DNA from: Haliotis rufescens
Taxonomy: Eukaryota
DNA length: 64,000 nucleotides
Reading direction: 5' to 3'
Assembly (NCBI RefSeq): GCF_023055435.1
Contig: NW_025964334.1
Span: 22,134,001-22,198,000, forward strand
Below are positions 1 through 11,859 of this stretch, piece after piece. Each line of letters opens with the position of its first letter. Within the stretch, counting starts at the first letter, position 1. The notes under the pieces are model-generated. The model saw only the letters and a list, made by a program, of their open reading frames with translations, was not told the origin of the DNA and made no database searches. The translations under genes and the position numbers were made by a program.

Positions 1-5
1 GACTA

Positions 6-752
6 GACCCATGAAGATCTGGTTAGGATGTTCAGCAACCGATGCTTGTTGTAAGAGGTGATTAATTGAATCGTGTGGTAAGGTTAAGTGACCTGGTTGA
101 TGCATGTCATCGTATCCCAACTGCATAAATCAATGTTCATGATGTCAATCACTGGATTGTCTGGACCAGACTTCATTATTTACAGACTGCTTTCATAAAT
201 AACTGAGATTGTTAGTGGCTATATCCTCGAAGGGGGTTGAAGTAGTGTAAAATTATTGTCCCCCTGAGAGGGTATGTAAGACCACATTTCAAAGAAAGTT
301 TATGTCTGCCACTTTTTAAATCGTAGTATATATGTTCATTTAATCTGGCTAAATTTGTCATTAATCGCCAACAGCGGAAGGGATGATGTAAATCTGGCTT
401 GGGTCCATGCAGGTAGCAAAAGTACTGTAAGTCCCCATGGACCCTAGCATGGTGATCTACCTTCAGCTGCTGGCGATCTGTAGCCCTTTTTTATATTGTA
501 CTGTTTCATTTAGTGATATCTTTTTATGGTTGTATGCTAGTTTTAAACATTAATCTTTGATATTCTAGTAATTTTACTGTCCATCGATGACAGGTTTTAT
601 GTAGTTTAAAAATATGTATTAAAAATGTATGACTTCTCGTCAGGATATGGCTGAAATACTGCCGATGTGACGTTAAATAATCACTCACTCACTCACTCAC
701 TCACTCACTCATATGGCTGGAGTATTGCTGAGTGCAGTGTCAAACAAACAAA
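6..752 (+). mobile_element. Family C retroposon (older single-hairpin variant), split by an insertion at 198-708
   Basis: 5' part GACCCATGAAGATC...CACTGGATTGTCTGGACCAGAC...TACAGACTGCTTTCATA (6-197) resumes at 709 as TCATATGGCTGGAGTATTGCTGAGTGCAGTGTCAAACAAAC. TCATA is duplicated at 193-197 and 709-713. Confidence 0.8.
198..708 (+). mobile_element. 5'-truncated LINE 3' UTR with (CACT)n tail; probable partner LINE of the SINEs
   Basis: A 511-bp insert ending CGTCAGGATATGGCTGAAATACTGCCGATGTGACGTTAAATAAT(CACT)n, homologous to the SINE tails. Flanked by a TCATA duplication, with an internal hairpin GGGTCCATG (401-409)/CATGGACCC (436-444). Confidence 0.65.
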
Positions 753-837
753 ATCATTGAGGACAAGAGGTCTTTGCTGCAGGATAGATCATACTAATAT
801 CTGCATGTTATTCAGTTTATCTAGAAGGGGTGAACAA

Positions 838-941
838 ATTTCTAATGTTTCAAGGTGCTTTTATGTATTATAACTGTTTGGACTGGTTGATTTGCAAGGT
901 CAGTTCATGCTGTGAAACCCAATACACTCACTCACTTTCCA
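838..941 (+). repeat. ~104-bp segment with an inverted copy at 8979-9082
   Basis: The reverse complement of 8979-9082 aligns end to end with few substitutions. Confidence 0.85.
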
Positions 942-1537
942 TTAAAGTGGGAATATTTTGGGTGACATATTGAGAATATCATATGTTGGGTAGGAGCCAG
1001 CAATGTCGAGTTAAGGCCTCGGTTGAATGTATGACAGTGTAAATGATCATTTCATACTGTAATGAAGAATAGGCTTCTCAGTCCTGCTCAGACCACATGC
1101 TCTGGATCGAACACATTAGGGGCCCCCACCAAGTATTTCTAAAGACAATTTAAACCTGATCAGAGCACCCACCACCAGCAAGTACAGGCTCATTACCTGT
1201 GTGGAATGAGCACTGCTCCCATCTCCAAGGGATGTGTGTTTGTTTACATACACACATATGCACCACCCCAAGCCACAGGGAGTGCAAGGAAACTGCTCTC
1301 ATCTAAAACTGTTATGGTTAGAGGGTTTAGAGGGGGGTTGTCAGGAGTTTATAGATTAAGGGCTCAGATGTTGTTGTTTTTTTGCTGAATGTCTTCTTTT
1401 CTAATGCAAGATGATTATGATCTTTGTTCTTAAGCTGTGGTAAATGAAACTTGTTTAGAATTCTGATCTTCAGTTCACTTGTACAAAGCCTGATTCTGAG
1501 CGTAAGGTTAAACTGATGATAGTTCATTTTTACAGTT

Positions 1538-1627
1538 GGGTACAATGTGTGAAGCCCATTTCTGGTGTCTCCCGCCGTGATATTGCTGGAATATTGCTTA
1601 AAGCGGCGTAAAACCATACTCATTCAC
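1538..1627 (+). mobile_element. SINE family A, 5'-truncated
   Basis: GGGTACAATGTGTGAAGCCC...GCGGCGTAAAACCATACTCA. 14-bp TSD TCATTTTTACAGTT at 1524-1537 and 1628-1641. Confidence 0.9.
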
Positions 1628-2874
1628 TCATTTTTACAGTTTTGACTTAAGTCTATAAAAAATGATACCCTACAATGGGCAAAACATATTCTTTCATAGG
1701 TTATTTCAACCCCTGTTTCACATGTTTCAGGGATTTAACTGGTTTATTTATTTTGGGTGCTTTATGACTCACAGCCTTTAATTGAAGGAGCTCTATGTTA
1801 ACAAATAGGAGTTCCAGAGAAATGTAAACAATTGAATATGACAATGTTGGTTAAAAAACCCAGCTGAATCCTTTGCTTGTTGTTATCCTATTTGTTATGT
1901 GATGTCATGTACAAGTTTTCCTCATATTTGTTTGCACTTGAAGATTTACTCGAACTTGCTGCTCCCAAAAACATTCCAATACCTTGTTGTTTTCCCATGC
2001 TGTGAAGCACACACTTTACCCCAATCAATACGGAAACAGTACTCTGCAACCAATGACATAAAATTGCACATACTCAGAAGCCATTAATGAGATGGATATG
2101 GAACTCCTCAACTGAAACAACAAGTGCTAGCACTAGAAAATCGTGAAGCTTTCGACTGCGTATTGAATTTTTTAAATGATAATGTACACAAATTAATTAT
2201 TAAAGTTGTATCGAATTATGAAATAGCAGCATTTGTTCCTAAACATGCATACAGATTTACTGCATCCCGGAAGATGCACTCAGTATTTCTTTTGCATCCA
2301 TGTGCAATTCTTATGTGTTCGTGCAGCAATAGAAACTAACTGTTTTAGTCCAGTATTATGATAACATATAGCGAAACTTTGGTGGCAAAAGGGTGAATTT
2401 CTATTAATTCTTATGATACCTTAACTATTGGGCAGTTTGGCAAGGACTTCAGGACTAGTGCCAATTTCTAACTCGGATATAATGCAGGATTTCAAGTCCG
2501 GTAAATCCCTGCTATATTATAACCCTACAAGAGTAAGAGTTATTTCAAAACAGGACAAGATAGATTTACAGATTCCGCTGACCCATAAGTAATGAAAAGT
2601 GGGAAGGAAATCAATCTGGAAAGCATTATTCCCTCAATTGCAAAGTTACATGTTCTTTGCAAGAACATTGTACATATGTGGCTCACTGTACAACAGTTTA
2701 ATGGCTGAACCATCAACACTGACATTAGCCAACTGTAAATGGCGCATTCCATATTCCTACAACAGACCTCTAGCTCTGCAACATTTGTAATTGGTCTCAT
2801 CTGGATAGGCAGTGTAAACCATTTTCATCAATCACAATTACCCAGTATGTGTGCAGCATGGTTTGTCTCAGCCA

Positions 2875-3437
2875 TGTTTGACTGATCCACAGCAGTGTTC
2901 CTTGTTTGACTGATCCACAGCAGTGTTTCTTGTTTGACTGATCCACAGCAGTGTTCATTGTTTGACTGATCCACAGGAGTGTTCCTTGTTTGACTGATCC
3001 ACAACACTGTTCCCTTGTTTGACTGATCCACAGCAGTGTTCCTTGTTTGACTGATCCACAGCAGTGTTCCTTGTTTGACTGATCCACAGCAGTGTTCCTT
3101 GTTTGACTGATCCACAGCAGTGTTCCCCATGTGTAACTGATCCACAGTTTTGTTTCATTCTTTGACTGATCCACAGTAGTGTTCCCTTGTTTGACTGATC
3201 CACAGCAGTGTTCCTTGTTTGACTGTTCCACAGCTGTGTTCCCTTGTTTGACTGATCCACAGCAGTGTTCCTTGTTTGACTGATCCACAGCCGTGTTCCT
3301 TGTTTGACTGATCCACAGCAGTGTTCCTTGTTTGACTGATCCACAGCAGTGTTCCTTGTTTGACTGATCCACAGCAGTGTTCCCCATGTTAGACTGATCC
3401 ACAGCAGTGTTCCCCATGTCAGACTGATCCACAACAC
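2875..3437. repeat. 28-bp minisatellite, about 20 copies
   Basis: Unit TGTTTGACTGATCCACAGCAGTGTTCCT with 29- and 30-bp variants; explains the three overlapping repetitive ORFs. Confidence 0.95.
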
Positions 3438-4141
3438 TGCGACTGCAGCCACTATTTGATTATCATGATAGAGAGAGACAAGTTTGGGATAGCAGTCTCA
3501 AACACTTTGGCACAGTCAGCTATCAGAATGATCAGTCATTATTTTCCGAGAGCCTCTCTTAACAAGCACCAGACAAAGAGTGAAACCCATTCTTAGTGTC
3601 TTTTGATTTACCTTGAATTCTGCTTCAAATCCTGAGGTCAACGTATTTCAGGCTTATGTTCGGAGATCAAAATCATTTCTTTACAGGGCATCATTGATCA
3701 TGTTGAGTAGAACTGTTACAGGTTGGAACAAAGGAACGGCTGACACTGATGACTTTGCCACCTGTGACCACCAACAAGTGTTCTTTTCCCATGGTTATAA
3801 TACACACCTCACTGCATAGCTACACAATGAGGAAGATTGTTTTACTCCAGGATCCTTCAGCACATAAATACATTGTGCAGATAAGATACCCAGTTATCCT
3901 CCCCACTGTCAATCTCTGCCGGGTGGGTGTTCTTGTTGTCTTTAGGCTCTCTGTCCCCCCTTGTGCCTATGTAATTGTAATACAATGTACAACTTTATGG
4001 ATAACAACTTCCAGTTTATTGCATTTAGCGATCTTTCAATGTAGATTTTTATGACCTTATCAAGCTGACATGTAAAATATCCTGTCATTGAGGTTCTGTA
4101 AATTACAACAACAGAAATATGTCAAAGCTCCTGTGCCAGTT

Positions 4142-4417
4142 GGGGGCATGGGTGGCCCAGTCGTCTAAGGCGCCGCGATTCGCTGTGCAGAGTTGCGTCG
4201 CTTGGGCACGCCAGAAAACTTTGATTGTGGGTTCGAATCCCGGTTCGCCCTGATTATGTTTCTAGGTTTGTCAGCACCATGCCCGTGCTTGTGGGTTTCG
4301 CCAAAGTGGTAAACGTCTCAGACATCACTTCGGGCTTTCTTCCCACATTAAGCTGACACGCCGTGATATAACTGGAATACTGTTAAAAGTGGCGTTAAAC
4401 CCAACTCACTCACTCAA
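4142..4417 (+). mobile_element. SINE family B (tRNA-Leu-like head, V-domain-like body)
   Basis: A-box-like GTGGCCCAGTCGTCTAAGGCG, B-box GGTTCGAATCC, CCCGTGCTTGTGGGTTTC...TTCTTCCCACA, (CACT)n tail. TSD TCCTGTGCC at 4129-4137 and 4418-4426. Confidence 0.9.
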
Positions 4418-4861
4418 TCCTGTGCCGGATGCACAGTCCAATGGCTTTGATCATGAATAATGAATTACCAGTCCTGCAGTCACTTAAAAGAACATTTTAA
4501 ACTTATTTATTCTTCAGCTTATCATGCAATTACTTTAAGTATTTGTACTCTCTGGAAGTAATGAGAAATTTATTTTTGGGGTATGTTATTTTGGCATTGA
4601 CATTTTTGCTGGGGAAAAAACATTGAGGTAGTGTCAATGACCTGTCACAAAGAAGGAGCATATAATTTGTCAAGTATGCCTGTTTGACATTCCTGCCAGT
4701 GAACTTTGCAGGCAATTAATCTTTCTGAATCTGGTATCATATATTTGACATATATATTTGAGGTTAAGGCTTAGTATCTGTCAAACTCTGTCAACAAGTA
4801 AGAACTAGATCATTGTGCTTAAATAACTGTCGGGCTCTTTTGGCAAGTATTTGGCAAGACA

Positions 4862-4886
4862 GGGATGGATGGATGGATGGATGGAT
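4862..4886. repeat. (GGAT)n microsatellite
   Basis: Six tandem GGAT units. Confidence 0.9.
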
Positions 4887-5159
4887 CAAAGGTGCTGCAA
4901 TTGGCTGTGCAGAGTTGTATTTCCGGGATCTACTGATCTTGAGTTAGAACCTGAGATTTGCCCCAATAAGGATGAATGGTCTTTCAGCATCATACCTGTG
5001 CTTGTGGTATATATGTACAACCTGCATTACTTGAGGTTTCCTCCAACTCCGCGATCTCGTGATAAGTGACATGCTGTTCAAATTGGCGTAATGTTACTTC
5101 TCTTCAAGGGAGTGCTTGGTAAATGGAGATGTCTCTGTTCAGTCTCGGCTCAGTCTCTG

Positions 5160-5491
5160 TTCAGATAGTGTCTGCCCGTAGGTCAGAAGGTCAGAAGGTC
5201 GGAGGTCAGTCTCTTGGTCTGTCATACCAAAAGACATTAAAAGATTATACTTGTTGAAGCTGTTGCCCTGTCTGGTGCTCAGCATTAAGAGGATAGATAA
5301 CAAGGACTGGTCAGATCAGAGTCAGTGTACTGTGTCTGAGTGGGTATCAGTAGCATCTCGGTGGGCTAGCACTATAAAACCCCCAATATTCTGCACTAGT
5401 ACAAGCAGCAAGGAACACCCTCATGCATGCGCGGCGCTATATAAGTGCAATGGTCTTGAACACGATGTTAAACTCTATTCCACTTCACCTC
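5160..5491 (+). mobile_element. SINE family D (Meta/MESC-domain-like), diverged
   Basis: GTCATACCAAAAGACATTAAAAGATTATACTTG...CCCTGTCTGGTGCTCAGCATTAAG resembles the Meta-SINE core. Aligns with copies at 15663, 45036 and 46411. Confidence 0.7.
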
Positions 5492-6220
5492 TATCAGTCA
5501 CTCACTCACTCACGCATACATCATGTCAGTCTGACTGCTGCTTGTCTTGGTTTGGTTTCCCAAGCAATCAATACCATGCAGAAGAAACAACTAAATTTTT
5601 AATGCACCAAGCCTAGCTTTAAAAAAATGTTCAGTGGAAGAAATCTATTGCAATTACTCGCCTGGTGTCTTTTTGTAGAGTGTTTGTGAGACTGTTTTGC
5701 GTGCTTATGGATTGCCAGTTCATTCGTGTGTGTTTGGCTTTGTTAAATTCCAGGCAGTTTCTAATGAAAACACAAACAGTTATATAATTGCAGAATATCA
5801 ACTTTCAATAAATCCATTAAGTATTGTGGTAGGCATTGGTTTTAATATGTAAATGTTTCTTCTTAAAAAACCCACCTGTAATCAAGAAATTTCCCATTCT
5901 TGTGTAAATGAATCTATATGGATTGACTGTATTGCTAAGAATTCTCATTAGCAAACATGCATGTACCGTATTCCTCATGTAAAGGAAAGGGATCTAAATA
6001 ATTTAGTTAATTTGTTTCATAGACATGTGGAATTCATACATTCACCCTCTTGTCGTGAATGTTGGTGATACTTGCAGTTGTATAAATGAAACATATACAA
6101 TACTGCTACAGGGTTATACATGAGAGTTGCATCCTCAGGGACACATGGTAATATTAGTTATACCATGGACAAGAAATATAAAGATTACACCACTACACCA
6201 TTTCCTTAGTTCACTCTCAG

Positions 6221-6497
6221 CGGGCACGGGTGGCCCAGTCGTCTAAGGCGCCGCAATTCGCTGTACAGAGTTGCGTCCCTTGGGCACGCCAGAAACCTAT
6301 GGTTGTGGGTTCGAATCCCGAATCGCCACGATTATGTTTCGAGGTTTGTCAGCACCATACCCGTGCTCGTGGGTTTCACCGAAGTGGTAAACGTCTGAGG
6401 CCTGCATCACTTCGGGCTTTCCTCCCACATTAAGCTGACACGCCGTGTATACTGTTTTAAGCGGTGTTAAACCCAACTCACTCACTCACCCACTCAC
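6221..6497 (+). mobile_element. SINE family B
   Basis: Full-length match to the 4142 copy. Degenerate 13-bp TSD TAGTTCACTCTCA/TACTTCACCCTCA. Confidence 0.9.
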
Positions 6498-6894
6498 TAC
6501 TTCACCCTCACATGTTCTGTAGGGACAATTGAAATTATATATTGGGGGTCCTCTGGACCCCTAGTTTTGTAGGTCAAAACCATGACTGCTATGACCTTCA
6601 CATGGTGCATACAAGACTTTTGTATGTTATTGTTAAAGTATGGGACTTGCAGTTGTCTTAGCATTAAGATCACTATGTGGAAGGAGACCCAGGACTCATA
6701 GTTTCAATTTGTCCTTCAGTAATGGTTCATTGGGGATTTGGGGACAGAAGCAATTTATGATTGTTGTTGGAGGCAACTTAATGGACTGCTGATCAGACTT
6801 GGTGATAGGGTTTTTAAGACGTGACATTGTAAGTAACCGTGGTCGTTGCTCATGATATCTATCACTGGTTTTTCTGGTATCAATCACAAGTCAA

Positions 6895-7122
6895 TCTTGA
6901 TTTTCCCCTGTGTTGTATCTCTTTTATTTTGATAACTACTCTAGATCCAGTCACTTCCATAGCTTTGTGTTGGATGTGACATCACCACCTCCATCGATCC
7001 ATCTCCAACTTTGCGCAGAATTCCTCTCGCCTGGGAGTGTAATTTGATTGTATGGCTATTTTTACGTCAAAACGAAGTGAGGGTAATAGAATGGAGATAT
7101 GATACCATGGATAATGGAAGAT
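6895..7122. mobile_element. Old element with degenerate terminal inverted repeats
   Basis: ATCTTGATTTTCCCCTGTGTTGTATCTC at the left resembles the reverse complement of GAGATATGATACCATGGATAATGGAAGAT at the right. Confidence 0.35.
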
Positions 7123-7573
7123 GATCCTGTTTGTTTGGTCCAGACTTGATTATTTACATATGGCTTGAATATTGCTGGGTGTGAGTTGTTGCATTCACAA
7201 CTGCATCACAGTAACTGCTAGGTGTCTCAACTTAACCAATAAGGACAGTCCATTGATGTGTGTTCAAGACAGTTACCGCTTCCGTCACACTGATGGAAGA
7301 CTAAGAACAGTAAAAGTGCTGACAAGGCAGAAATCACTATCCTTGCTAAAGTATCGTGAATCTCTGCTCTGAAAAAGCAAAATATGTTACACAAATTATC
7401 TTTGACATGTTTATTAAAAGAACCTATCTTATAGACAACGTCTAGATATGACGTTAAATCTTAACTACTACTATTGTGACTTATCAACACAGTATCTACA
7501 CTAAGTGTATGCTGCCAGCCGCCTTATGACATATATGAATGTTATATGCTGTAAATGAAAATAACATGTAATA

Positions 7574-7733
7574 CAGTAAGCTACGGTTATAACGAACTCA
7601 AAGGGACCACTAATTTTAGTTCGTAATAACCATAGTTCGTTATACGCATATATACAGCATATGTGCAACAAATGGCCGGCACTAAAAAAAAAAAGTTTGT
7701 TATAAGCGTGTTCGTTATAAACGTAGTTTACTG
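7574..7733. mobile_element. pogo/Tigger-like (Tc1/mariner superfamily) MITE
   Basis: 24-bp TIR CAGTAA(G/A)CTACG(G/T)TTATAACGAAC, TA on both sides, internal GTTATAAC-type repeats. Confidence 0.85.
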
Positions 7734-8213
7734 TATCTCTATAAATAATGTACATTAATTATATCTACCTCTCATGTCTATGATTATGTTTATTCCCAAA
7801 TGTAGCTAGTTTGTACCCTGCTCTACGAGGGTGTCCTGTACAGTAAAATTTCTTGATTCTCCTAAATCGGAACCTCCTTCCAGAAGATCCTGGCAGCTCA
7901 GTGAAACATGTTGAAATGCAGTAAAGATGGAATAAAGATAACCAAGATAACCACAGGGATGCAGGGTTTTACCGTCACTTACAAGACTGGGGGTCTTGGG
8001 AGCTCTGATAATTAACTTAAATTAACAGGAAATATGTTGGTCCTTGAAAGTCATGACATGGTGAAGTGTACTGCAATGTAAGTTTTGATAATTACTTTAA
8101 TTACAGAACTTTTATAGTTCTTGTCAAGAATTCTTGCAATAAATATTTTTGTGCGTCCCTCTGGATGCACTGTGTATTTTATCTGCTTCCATTCAATATA
8201 TATATGAGTACAG

Positions 8214-8320
8214 GGCCCACTTGCACTAAGCGATCTTAGCGCAAAGATGATCGTAACGCCCATACTTTAACATAGGTTTACAATAGTCTTAGTGCTAAGA
8301 TCGCTTTGTGCAAGTGGGCC
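8214..8320. mobile_element. Palindromic MITE family G, CWG-flanked (Harbinger-like)
   Basis: ~29-bp TIR GGCCCACTTGCAC(T/A)AAGCGATCTTAGC, flanked by CAG and CTG. Relatives at 13593, 38958 and 53632. Confidence 0.8.
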
Positions 8321-8978
8321 CTGGGACCAACTTTTCTGCATCGTGTAAAACCTATATGGATGGAATACATGCCTGGAACTTTGTTAGTACCAAAGTCAGA
8401 TAGGTTTTTACAGGAAATATGGTATTTGGAAAGTGGACAATATTTCGGCAAGTAATGAATTTGTTATCAATTTTCTAGATGCATTATGAAATTGCATGGT
8501 ATGCTAACTATGACTTCTACATGATCCGATACACCCTGAATATGGTGATCTCTTAGGCCAGATGTAGCTCATGTTGTCATATGAGCTGTACACATATTGT
8601 AGCATATGTGATATAAATGTGTTTTATCATTTGATTGGACAGTTGTTCCATCACTGAGCATTACTGGATGTTGATGTATGCAACTCCTGCCATCACCGCG
8701 GTAACCAAGAGGAATCTTATGATCAATATTCATCGTGGCTCTGTTCAATGTTAGAAATGCTGCTTGGTAAATGTTGTGTGTGGATATCTAAACACTTAAT
8801 CCTGCTGTGATGCTGCCAGAGACAGCTTGTATATAGATGGTACCTATCACAGATTTCATTGGGTTAGTTATTTTGGGGACCAGGTGACTCGAAGCCTTTA
8901 ATTATATGGGTCCCAAAATAAAAGAGAGAGAGAGTTTGTTGTTAAATGCTGCTGCACTCAGCAATATTCCAGCTTTGA

Positions 8979-9082
8979 TGGAAAGTGAATGAGTGTATTG
9001 GGTTTCACAGCATGAAGTGACTTTGCATATCAACCAGTCCAAACAGTTACAATATATAAAAACACCTTGAAACATAAGAAAT
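8979..9082 (-). repeat. Inverted copy of 838-941, next to a family C tail fragment (8935-8975, minus)
   Basis: Direct reverse-complement alignment. Confidence 0.85.
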
Positions 9083-10065
9083 CAGGTTAAAAAATAGGAG
9101 TCCCAAACTATACAATGGGGGTCCCAGAGAAATGGCAAAAATTGAATAACGTACTCAAGTGACCTAAGATTTTGCATGATCTGGTTGTTAGTTAAAAGTA
9201 GATATGGAGTTCCCCAACTGCAACAACTCTCACTCTAGGTATTGTATTTTTAAAATGATTTCGTACAGATGCATCCGTTGTGCATCAGGTACATCCCTGG
9301 TATATGGACATTCTGACACACAGACAGAGGATGGGATCATGCTACCAAGAAGAAGTGAAGGAAGAACAGGTTTTTTCATATTACTACAGTTAATCCATCA
9401 TGCCATGACAGATTGACTGTAGCATTATGAAAGAATCGAGTCATCCTTAATTTCTTTTGAGTAGCATATAATATCATAATGCTTTTCGTAAAGATTTCAC
9501 CAATAAATGTATGATACAATAATCGTTTACTTTCAAACAACACATTTCAGCACAAGAACATATAATATGTTGCTGACTGCAGGCTCATTTCAATAAGAAG
9601 ATGTATGATACAATGTAAACAATGGTTTACTTACCGACTACTGATTGATTTCAGTATGAAATGGACTTAGTCTGAAAGCAAAATGATCAGGGATTAATCT
9701 GAACCTGATTGTTGGCCGATATTTGCCCTCAAGTTGGCTGCAAATGACAGTAAAAATTCCCAGTTTGAATTATGAATGTCCCAATTCCTTAGAATTTACG
9801 ATAATAAAAAAAATAAAAAAGGTCCAGTTTTGAATATCATGATAATTCCCCCCCCCCATAATTTCCCAGCTTATGTCGTTTAGTTTGGAATCATAGACAA
9901 ATCCCTGATGATGCCACAATCACATGGGACAATCTTACCAAGTACACTTACATCAAGCTCAACAACAGCCGTCAAGACCTTTAGTAATGCTAGTTGAACA
10001 CCCTCCTGGAGTCCTACATAATGTTTGCTGAAGGTTGCATCACAAACTAGTCTTGTATATCTGGG

Positions 10066-10405
10066 GACCCGTGAAGATTCTGGAGTAGAATACGTCTTCT
10101 GCAACCCATACTTGCCGTAAAAGGCGACTATGCGACTATAAACAGGATCGGGTGGTCAGGCTCGATGACTTGGTTGATACATGTCATCGATCCCAATTGC
10201 ATGGATCGATGCTCATGATGTTAATCACTGGATTGTCTGGTCTAGACTTGATTATTTTACAGACCGCCGTCACATAGCTGGAGATCGGTAATAAGTGCTG
10301 CACTTGTGCCCAATCCCTTTGTCTTTTTGGACAATATAATATGTTTAATAATGATAATATAGCTGGAATACTGCTGAGTGCGGCATTAAACAACAAACAA
10401 ACAAA
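10066..10405 (+). mobile_element. Family C retroposon, full length, with a 76-bp nested insertion
   Basis: Starts GACCCGTGAAGAT and ends (AAAC)n. TSD GTATATCT(G/T)GG at 10055-10065 and 10406-10416. Confidence 0.9.
10283..10358 (+). mobile_element. Extreme 3' fragment of a different LINE with (AAT)-like tail
   Basis: Flanked by TSD ATAGCTGGA (10274-10282, 10359-10367). Contains palindrome AAGTGC-T-GCACTT and ends TTTAATAATGATAAT. Confidence 0.6.
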
Positions 10406-10884
10406 GTATATCTTGGCTTGTAAACTTCCAAGGAAAAGTTGAAAAAAAACATTGTTTCTCTTCTTGTTTTCTTTCTTTACTTTTAGAGCAGTAATATTGA
10501 CTTTCTGGCTTTGTTTCTGTCAACAATTAACTATTACAGATGCCATGGAAACGAATGATGTTGTTTGTTTATCAACTGGAGGGATCACAAAGTTTAAAGC
10601 TTGAAAACTATATTCACTCTTCTGACGTGTGTTTTCTAAGACATGATTGCTTAACAGGTTATGAAAGCATGAAGAATATTTTCACTCATTTGGCATGGTT
10701 TGTTATTTCTAAGACGTGACTGCTAAACAGTTGGTTGTTAGCACATACCCTTGTCTTAATCTAGCCTGTACTTACAGGTTTTGGGAGTCTGAGATAATAA
10801 AATCATACTGTCCTTGTGTGGTCATGATGCTGTCACTTACCACACAAATGTTTGTATGCATGTTTATAAAGTTGACATATTCAC

Positions 10885-11859
10885 TGGGGATGTAACAATA
10901 TGATGATCCCTGTACTTGGTTTATGATATGATTTGTATCGCGATACTTCATGTGAATCAATTGTGCATGAATTTATGTGTTCCATGGGGAATAAACAATG
11001 TTAAAAGGCTTGAAACTTCCTGAACATCTGGTCTCATGTTTGAAAATATAAATGTCTCATTTCAATCAATTCTTTATTTTAAATCTAACTTGAGGGTCAA
11101 CACCCTTTAGAAAAAGACAAGAACAGAATCAATCTCATTAAAATCATATCTTAGTTCTCGCTACTGCAAAACAAAGATCTAAGGACATCCCATTAGGGGT
11201 CACGTCAGAACGACCGTTCATCCGACCAATCAGAGGATCTCTTACCCAATCATGAAAGTGACAGTTGGAATGCGATTTCTAATCATGCAACGTCAAAAAC
11301 TTAAACAGGAGGTATTCCGAATGTTAGTTACTGGTTAAACGACTGAATCCATACAATCTAAACCATCTATTAGCCATTCCAGAATGTTTTTTTGTTCAGG
11401 TTTCAAGTTTTTAATCGAGAATTTGTCAAAATATGTTTCGAAGCGTAGTCACCAATTTAAAATTTGTGCCGTAAAGCACAAGAAAGCTGCCTTCTGATTA
11501 GCGAACGTCTACTTCTTGTCAGTCATTCTATTGGTTGGTCAAAGTTCGCGTAAGGTCAGCCTGACGTGACCCGTAATGGGATGTCCTCAGATCTTTGTTT
11601 ACCAGTAGCGAGAACTAAGATCTGATTTTAATGAGGTTGGAACAGAATTTAAGTCTTATAACTAAGTACATTGTGCAATTTAGATACAGCATGAATTAAT
11701 AATGATAAAATTGTTTATTAACATGTAGGTTGGACCCATTTTGGCAACATAGTCATTCTGTTGCTGTTTTAAATGTACCATGTGTGAAACATTACAGGAA
11801 TCAAATATGAATTGATACAGATGTGTGTACCGCATATCGTGTCGTCTGTAGCATCCCTA
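10885..11859. mobile_element. Old hAT (Ac-like) non-autonomous element hosting a MULE-like MITE
   Basis: Termini TGGGGATGTAAC and GTAGCATCCCTA (TAGGGATG type). 8-bp flanks ATATTCAC/ATGTACAC (6/8 match); subterminal CGATA/TATCG motifs. Confidence 0.5.
11130..11639. mobile_element. Mutator(MULE)-like MITE family H
   Basis: ~79-bp TIR starting CAA(T/C)CTCATTAAAATCA. Perfect 9-bp TSD GAACAGAAT at 11121-11129 and 11640-11648. Confidence 0.92.

Noticed and set aside
2797-3452. 211-, 165- and 105-aa ORFs
   Set aside because: The same peptides cycle through all three frames because the 28-bp repeat lacks stops on that strand.
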